This document shows positions 58,246 to 64,000 of a stretch of DNA of 64,000 nt, piece by piece. This stretch comes from Thermoprotei archaeon (GTDB lineage Archaea > Thermoproteota > Thermoprotei > QMSL01 > B3-G16): positions 11,361 through 75,360 of the forward strand of contig JAGGXX010000007.1 of NCBI GenBank assembly GCA_021162845.1. The letters are read 5' to 3'. The first letter of the stretch is position 1. Each line of letters opens with the position of its first letter. Position numbers and translations under genes: made by a program. The notes under the pieces were generated by a model. The model ran no database searches and was not told the origin of the DNA. It was given only the letters and a program-made list of their open reading frames with translations.

Positions 58246-60942
58246 GTGAAGAAGGTCGGCGTTGCCTCAGGGATTGTATTTTTAGTCCTCTTCCTAACTC
58301 TATTCACGATGATTGAGAAAAACCATGCTATTAGGTTATTCGAATTCTACCTACCATGGGATGACTCAAGCCGCACCCCCATAAGTCTAGCGGATCTAAT
58401 TGAAAGGCCTGCTGGGAAGTACGGATATGTGTACGTAGGCGATGATGGCCACCTGTATGTTAATGGAAAACGCATAAGGTTCCTTGGGGTGAACATCTGT
58501 GGTAGTGCGGCCTTTCCGAGGAAGGAGGATGCTGAGAAGATAGCCGCTAGGCTAGCTAAGTTCGGTGTGAACATCGTACGCTTTCACCACATGGATGCCT
58601 CCTGGGCTAGTCCTAACATCTTCGATAAATCCAGTGGAGGTACCCGCAAGCTGGATCCAGAAAGCCTCGATAAGCTGGACTACTTCATTGCAAAGCTTAA
58701 GGAGAACGGGATTTACGTTGATTTAAACCTACTAGTATCAAGGAGATTTAGGGCCAACGATGGCCTGCCTCGAGAAGTAGAGGAGGTCAATTGGAAGGAT
58801 CAGCAGGTACTGGGATTCTTCGTAGACGAGATATTAGGGCTTGAGAAGGAGTATGCACGACAATTACTTACCCATAGGAACCCTTACCTAGGGACAAGGT
58901 ACGCGGAGGAACCAGCAATAGCGATAGTCGAAGTAGTCAATGAGCAGGGGCTCATACACGCATGGCTAGGAGGAGTCATCGATAGGCTACCGGAGGTTTT
59001 CAAGGAGGAGCTTAGGGAGAAATGGAATGACTGGCTTAAGGAGAAGTATGGGTCTACTGATAAGTTGCTAAAGGCTTGGGGAGGGGGAGGGAAAGGCCTA
59101 GGTGAAGAGCTCTTAGCCAACGGTGACTTCAGTAAGGGGATCTCGGGTTGGAGCGTTGAGGTACACAATGGAGCGCGCGCTTCCTATAAGATCATCAATA
59201 CTCCGGAGGGCTTTCATGCCCTGATGATAAGGGTTGAGAGACTTGGCGGCGAGAAGTGGCATGTTCAGTTCAACTACCCGGGTATAAGGGTAATCGAGGG
59301 TAGATCCTACCTGGTGAGCTTTAAGGCTAAGGCCGATAGGGAGACCGTAATCTTCATCTCGCTTAGGCAAGCACATGAGCCTTGGCGTGCTTTATCTACC
59401 CCAATAGAGGTAATGATCACCCCCGAGTGGCAGGACTATAGAATAGTGCTGCTAGCCACGGGCTCCGATGAAAACGCTAGGCTCGATATAACGAACCTCG
59501 GGACTACTGAGGCAACCTACTACTTCGCGAACTTCTCGTTGAGGGAGTTTAGAGGGTATTCCCTCAAGAGGGGGGAGTCTCTAGAAGATGAAAACGTAGG
59601 CATTTTCACGTTAAAGGAGTATGGCTCTAGGGCCTCGAATGCTAGAAGGGATTGGGTGGAGTTCCTATGGAACCTAGAGGAGAAGTACTTCGAGGATATG
59701 TATCGTTATCTTAAGGAGGAGCTAGGAGTAAAGGCCCTGATAATAGGCACTATAGTGGGTTGCAGTACACCTAATATCATGGCCAAACTGGACGCAGTGG
59801 ACTCGCACGCTTACTGGCATCACCCCGTTTTCCCGGGTAGGCCATGGGATCCTAACAACTGGTATGTCGTAAACGATCCCATGGTGAACCATCCTGATGA
59901 GAATACGATCTCGTGGATCGCTGCGAAGAGGGTTTGGGGTAAGCCGTTTACCGTAAGCGAGTATAACCACCCAGCACCCCTCATGTACGATGCCGAAACC
60001 GTCCTGCTACTGGCTACTTACGCTGCCTTACAGGATTGGGATGGAGTCTTCTTCTTTGATTATGGATCCCTTAACGACTGGGATTCACGTCGCATAAGAG
60101 GCTACTTTGACATCGACCAGCATCCTGCTAAGATGGCTTCCCTTATACCCGCATACATGATATTCGTACGAGGCGATGTAACGCCCGCTAAGACTGTCGT
60201 CTCCTATGGATTAAGCGGTGAAGATGAGATGGAGTTTATAGTACAAGGGAAGGCTAGCAGCTGGTGGTTGCCAGATGCACTGCGAGCTGGGATGAAGCCT
60301 TATATGCCGTTGCTCTGTAGAGTGGGTATAAGTTTAAATGGCTCAACACGTGCTCCAGAGGAGGTAAATGTATCGGAGGTCTACGAATCTGATAACGGAA
60401 TCGTAACGTGGAACTGTACGGATAAGGGAAGGTGTTTCATCCTCGTTAACAGTAGCCGTACCATCGCGCTAATAGGCTATATAGGTGGCAGGAGTTTCAG
60501 ACTAGGCGATATCGAGGTCGAAGTCGGCAGGACCCTGTTAAACGGTTTTGGTGTAGTGGCCCTAACGGTACTCGATGGGGTGAGCTTCGAGGACTGGAAC
60601 AGGGTACTGGTGCTCGCGATAGGATACACGGGGAATACCGGGATGCAAATACGCGAGTACGAAAGTGGTAGGGTCTTAGCTGTAATATCCACGGGGCTGG
60701 ATAGGATCGAGGAATATCATGGTAAGGTAACGTGTAGTGGTAGCTGGGGTGGGGCACCAACCCTCGTGGAGGGGATCGATCTAATGATAAAATTACCTAC
60801 AACCGTGGAAGTTAAGGCCTGGAGCCTGGATAATACAGGCGCTAAAGCCAGAGAAGTTCAATTGGAGGAAGAAGGGGACTACTACATAGTGAAGTTAGGG
60901 CCTTACTACAGGACCATATGGTACCTGCTGGAGAGGAGATAA
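58246..60942 (+). CDS. secreted GH5-like (clan GH-A) endoglycanase with inserted CBM4/9-like domain
   Basis: Signal/anchor N-terminus; RIRFLGVN, VRFHH.D, L.H.NPY.G, E..NE acid/base, CBM-like NGDF..G...W...W.VQ...Y.VSF.AKA, D.H.YW.HP, VSEY nucleophile, ALQDWDG. Confidence 0.85.
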   Translation: MKKVGVASGIVFLVLFLTLFTMIEKNHAIRLFEFYLPWDDSSRTPISLADLIERPAGKYGYVYVGDDGHLYVNGKRIRFLGVNICGSAAFPRKEDAEKIAARLAKFGVNIVRFHHMDASWASPNIFDKSSGGTRKLDPESLDKLDYFIAKLKENGIYVDLNLLVSRRFRANDGLPREVEEVNWKDQQVLGFFVDEILGLEKEYARQLLTHRNPYLGTRYAEEPAIAIVEVVNEQGLIHAWLGGVIDRLPEVFKEELREKWNDWLKEKYGSTDKLLKAWGGGGKGLGEELLANGDFSKGISGWSVEVHNGARASYKIINTPEGFHALMIRVERLGGEKWHVQFNYPGIRVIEGRSYLVSFKAKADRETVIFISLRQAHEPWRALSTPIEVMITPEWQDYRIVLLATGSDENARLDITNLGTTEATYYFANFSLREFRGYSLKRGESLEDENVGIFTLKEYGSRASNARRDWVEFLWNLEEKYFEDMYRYLKEELGVKALIIGTIVGCSTPNIMAKLDAVDSHAYWHHPVFPGRPWDPNNWYVVNDPMVNHPDENTISWIAAKRVWGKPFTVSEYNHPAPLMYDAETVLLLATYAALQDWDGVFFFDYGSLNDWDSRRIRGYFDIDQHPAKMASLIPAYMIFVRGDVTPAKTVVSYGLSGEDEMEFIVQGKASSWWLPDALRAGMKPYMPLLCRVGISLNGSTRAPEEVNVSEVYESDNGIVTWNCTDKGRCFILVNSSRTIALIGYIGGRSFRLGDIEVEVGRTLLNGFGVVALTVLDGVSFEDWNRVLVLAIGYTGNTGMQIREYESGRVLAVISTGLDRIEEYHGKVTCSGSWGGAPTLVEGIDLMIKLPTTVEVKAWSLDNTGAKAREVQLEEEGDYYIVKLGPYYRTIWYLLERR

Positions 60943-61044
60943 GCTCTATCCGGAGAGGCAACACATCAGCGCTTTCACTCGTATAGTTAACGCTTTGAGG
61001 TAGATAAGAGATTCTTAAATCTACGGGAACTTAAAATCAGGGGA

Positions 61045-63225
61045 GTGAAAATGTCTGTATCGGATAATGTCGATGAGCTGATTTCTAGAATGACTCTAGA
61101 GGAGAAGGCGCAATTCGTTGTGGGAAGAGGGGTACCGGGCTTCTTCGGCAACCCGCCCTCAAGGGTTCCGGGTGCTGCAGGCGAAACGCGTCCGATAGAG
61201 AGGCTTGGGATACCATCAGTAGTCCTTGCGGACGGCCCTGCTGGCCTTAGGATAAATCCCAGGAGGGAAGGAGATGAGAAGACTTACCATGCTACGGCTT
61301 TTCCCGTGGCGATTATGCTCGCCTCTACTTGGAACAGGGAGCTCCTAGAAGCTGTGGGAAGGGCCATGGGGGAGGAGGTGAGGGAGTATGGAGTTGACAT
61401 ACTCCTCGCTCCTGCTATGAACATTCACAGGAATCCCCTGTGCGGGAGGAACTTTGAATACTACTCTGAGGACCCCCTTCTCTCCGGCGAGATGGCTGCA
61501 GCCTTCATAAAAGGCGTTCAGTCCCAAGGAGTAGGTGCGTGTGTAAAGCATTTCGTCGCTAATAATCAGGAGACGAATCGCCGAATCGTAGACACGATCG
61601 TCTCGGAGAGGGCATTAAGGGAGATATACCTTAAAGGCTTCGAGATCGCCATTAAGAAATCTAAGCCATGGGCGGTGATGAGCGCCTATAATAAGCTAAA
61701 CGGAAAGTACTGTTCGCAGAACGAGTGGCTCCTAACGAAGGTGCTGAGGGAGGAGTGGGGCTTCGAGGGCTTCGTGATGACGGATTGGTTCGCTGGGGAT
61801 GACCCAGTAGAGCAAATGAGAGCGGGAAACGATATGATAATGCCTGGGAAGGCATATCAGATCGACTCTAAGAGGAAGGACGAAGTAGAGGAAATAATGA
61901 ATGCAGTCAAGGAAGGGAGGCTAAGTGAAGAGGTACTCGATAGAAACGTGAGGAACATACTGAAGGTACTCGTGAACTCGCCCTCATTTAAAGGATATAA
62001 GTACTCCAGTCAACCGGATCTCGAAGCACACGCGAAGGTCGCTTATGAGGCAGGTATAGAGGGAGTCGTCCTCCTGAAGAACGAAGGAGTACTGCCCCTA
62101 AAGGAAGATGCTAGTATAGCTCTATTCGGGACAGGACAGATAGAGACCATTAAGGGCGGGACTGGAAGCGGTGATACGCATCCAAGGTACGTGATCTCCA
62201 TATTAGAAGGCATGAGGGAGAGGAACCTTAAGGTGGATGAGGAGTTAGCGGAGATCTACACTAGATATGTACGTGAGATGAGGGAGAAGGAGGAATATAG
62301 AATAAAGAGAGGTCCATTCGGCCAACCCATTATGCCACGACTTCCTCAGGACTTCCTAGGTGAGGATCAACTGAAGAGATATGCGGAGAGGAACGATGTA
62401 GCGATAATCGTGATAAGCAGGATATCAGGTGAAGGCTACGATAGAAAGCCGGAGAAAGGTGACTTCTACCTGAGCGATGACGAGAAGAGCCTCTTGGAAA
62501 AGGTATCTAAGGTCTTCCACGAGCACGGTAAGAGGGTCGTAGTCCTACTGAACATAGGATCCCCGATCGAGGTCGCCAGCTGGAGGGGCCTGGTTGATAG
62601 TATACTACTAATATGGCAGGCTGGACAGGAGACTGGGAGGATAGTCGCGGATACGATAGTTGGGAAGGTCAACCCCTCTGGAAAACTCCCGACGACCTTT
62701 CCGAGGGACTACTCGGATGTCCCTTCTTGGAACTTCCCTGGTGAACCTAAGGACGACCCGCAGAGAGTAGTATACGATGAAGGGATATACGTTGGCTATA
62801 GGTACTACGATACTTTCGGGGTAGAACCGGCCTATGAGTTCGGCTTCGGGCTCTCTTATACGACGTTTGAATACAAAAATCTCGATGTAAAGGTATTGAA
62901 TGATTCGATAAAGGTCTCATTCGAGGTTACAAATACCGGTGACTTTCCCGGGAAGGAGATAGCACAGGTTTACGTTAGGGCTCCTAAAGGGAAACTGGAC
63001 AAACCCTTCCAAGAGCTGAAGGGATTCCATAAGACTAGGCTCCTAAAGCCCGGCGAAACCGAAAAAGTAGAAGTGGAGATATGCCTAAGATCGCTTGCAA
63101 GCTTCGATGGGGAGAAGTGGCTCCTGGAGAAGGGCGAATACGAGGTACGAGTTGGGGCGTCCTCGAGAGACATCAGGCTTACAGGCAAATTCACGATAGA
63201 TAAAGAAAGAAGATACAATCCATAA
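61045..63225 (+). CDS. bglB: GH3 beta-glucosidase (Thermotoga BglB-like)
   Basis: ADGPAGLRI, HRNPLCGRNFEYYSEDP, KHF.ANNQE, VMTDW nucleophile, SGEG.DR, VGYRYYD, FGFGLSY. Confidence 0.92.
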   Translation: MKMSVSDNVDELISRMTLEEKAQFVVGRGVPGFFGNPPSRVPGAAGETRPIERLGIPSVVLADGPAGLRINPRREGDEKTYHATAFPVAIMLASTWNRELLEAVGRAMGEEVREYGVDILLAPAMNIHRNPLCGRNFEYYSEDPLLSGEMAAAFIKGVQSQGVGACVKHFVANNQETNRRIVDTIVSERALREIYLKGFEIAIKKSKPWAVMSAYNKLNGKYCSQNEWLLTKVLREEWGFEGFVMTDWFAGDDPVEQMRAGNDMIMPGKAYQIDSKRKDEVEEIMNAVKEGRLSEEVLDRNVRNILKVLVNSPSFKGYKYSSQPDLEAHAKVAYEAGIEGVVLLKNEGVLPLKEDASIALFGTGQIETIKGGTGSGDTHPRYVISILEGMRERNLKVDEELAEIYTRYVREMREKEEYRIKRGPFGQPIMPRLPQDFLGEDQLKRYAERNDVAIIVISRISGEGYDRKPEKGDFYLSDDEKSLLEKVSKVFHEHGKRVVVLLNIGSPIEVASWRGLVDSILLIWQAGQETGRIVADTIVGKVNPSGKLPTTFPRDYSDVPSWNFPGEPKDDPQRVVYDEGIYVGYRYYDTFGVEPAYEFGFGLSYTTFEYKNLDVKVLNDSIKVSFEVTNTGDFPGKEIAQVYVRAPKGKLDKPFQELKGFHKTRLLKPGETEKVEVEICLRSLASFDGEKWLLEKGEYEVRVGASSRDIRLTGKFTIDKERRYNP

Positions 63226-63250
63226 GGCATCCTTCTTAACCTTTTTTCCT

Positions 63251-64000
63251 TCAATCCCTCGTCCTCTCATACCAAGCTGGTCGTAAAGTCTTGACATGGA
63301 CTATTGTGAATTCCCTCAATGCGTTCACGAGCTGTAGGGTCTTCTCCAGTGGGGGTTCCGGCAACTTATTACCATAGTTATCGTAACCAACATAGGCCTT
63401 CCGTGGCCCTATATCCTTCAAGGCCTTTACGAACTCTTCTAAATCGAAATCTAGAACAGGCTCTATGACTATTAGCTTATGAGGCCAGGTGAGCTCGATC
63501 ATTGCCTTTATCCGCTCACTAGGCTTCGGTGCCTTGGATATTCGCTCATATCCTTCATCCCTGTTAGTCTCTATAGTTGCACCTAAGATGGCGTTCCTAG
63601 GCATGACGTCTAGGAATTCGAGATATCTAGCTGGGTTCTTCGTGAGAAAGAAGAAGGTAGTATGAGGGAACTGCCTTATGCGGTTTAGCACTTTTAGTAT
63701 CCAATCTCTAGGTACCCATGAGTTACCACACCACACAGGTTTACCATTCCTCCTTACATATATTATGTGTGTTGGAACTTCGGCGCAGTAAACATAACCA
63801 CTATACACTGCATAACCGACGTAGCATCTGGTTTCTATGTTTCTTTTTCTCGCATAGCGTAAGTTCCTAGTGTAATCGACTTCCACTACCTTTTGTTTTC
63901 CACTAATTATGACTTCATATATCGGTGTTCCGCCTTGTATTATTCTTCCATTTTTCAATTTACATGGTTTCGTCTTTCTAACACGTATTGTGGAGACATA
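63251..64000 (-). CDS. DUF5131 (Gp37/Gp68-like radical-SAM-related) family protein containing an intein; 5' end off window
   Basis: C-extein SWVP..WI.KV....P...F.FLTKNP.R...N..LG.TIET...R......IEP.L; frame is open to the window edge. Confidence 0.82.
   Translation of the reverse strand, partial: YVSTIRVRKTKPCKLKNGRIIQGGTPIYEVIISGKQKVVEVDYTRNLRYARKRNIETRCYVGYAVYSGYVYCAEVPTHIIYVRRNGKPVWCGNSWVPRDWILKVLNRIRQFPHTTFFFLTKNPARYLEFLDVMPRNAILGATIETNRDEGYERISKAPKPSERIKAMIELTWPHKLIVIEPVLDFDLEEFVKALKDIGPRKAYVGYDNYGNKLPEPPLEKTLQLVNALREFTIVHVKTLRPAWYERTRD
63722..64000 (-). mobile_element. intein, C-terminal portion (blocks F/G plus the end of a probable endonuclease region)
   Basis: YSGYVYCAEVPTHIIYVRRNGKPVWCGN|S: block F Y.G.VYC..V, terminal Asn followed by Ser +1; AT-richer than the extein. 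Confidence 0.88.

Noticed and set aside
708-63297. The many 60-125 aa antisense/overlapping ORFs in the track (e.g. 708-986, 5020-5259, 23743-24120, 35468-35818, 58884-59168)
   Set aside because: Shadow ORFs opposite well-supported genes, with Ser/Pro-rich non-protein-like composition.
1-64000. CRISPR array or cas genes
   Set aside because: No run of regularly spaced 24-40 bp repeats seen in any intergenic gap; no Cas motifs in the ORFs.

Overview
Archaeal chromosomal window, most likely from a heterotrophic (hyper)thermophile of the Thermoproteota (Thermoprotei-like). The evidence is GGTGA/GGGG-type RBSs, TATA-like promoters, thermophile-type HEPN/MNT and VapBC modules, and a di-myo-inositol-phosphate (DIP) pathway. 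The first ~15 kb is metabolic/housekeeping: FGGY and PfkB sugar kinases, DHH phosphoesterase, radical SAM-HhH protein, Nnr, PhoU regulator, ThrC, DmpA peptidase, URO-D-like protein and a polar amino-acid ABC transporter. From ~15.5 kb onward it is an accessory patchwork. It holds metal/arsenic homeostasis genes, about eight toxin-antitoxin-type modules (3 MNT-HEPN, 4 VapBC, 1 RHH-DUF5678/aspartic-protease pair), many gene remnants and a decayed TnpB. These are interleaved with CAZymes (GH4, two GH3, a GH5-like/CBM enzyme, a 1089-aa surface-anchored putative glycoside hydrolase), two Thr-nucleophile sulfatase-like hydrolases, and DIP biosynthesis genes with two DIPPS-like paralogs. The most notable items are an intein C-terminus inside a DUF5131-family gene at the right edge, the uncharacterised surface enzyme, the protease-containing TA-like pair, a TnpB-less omegaRNA-like element, a perfect 19-bp palindrome flanked by direct repeats, and a diverged 61-bp inverted repeat pair bracketing the metal-transport genes. 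No CRISPR array, rRNA or tRNA was recognised. All family assignments come from motif recognition by eye, not from database searches.
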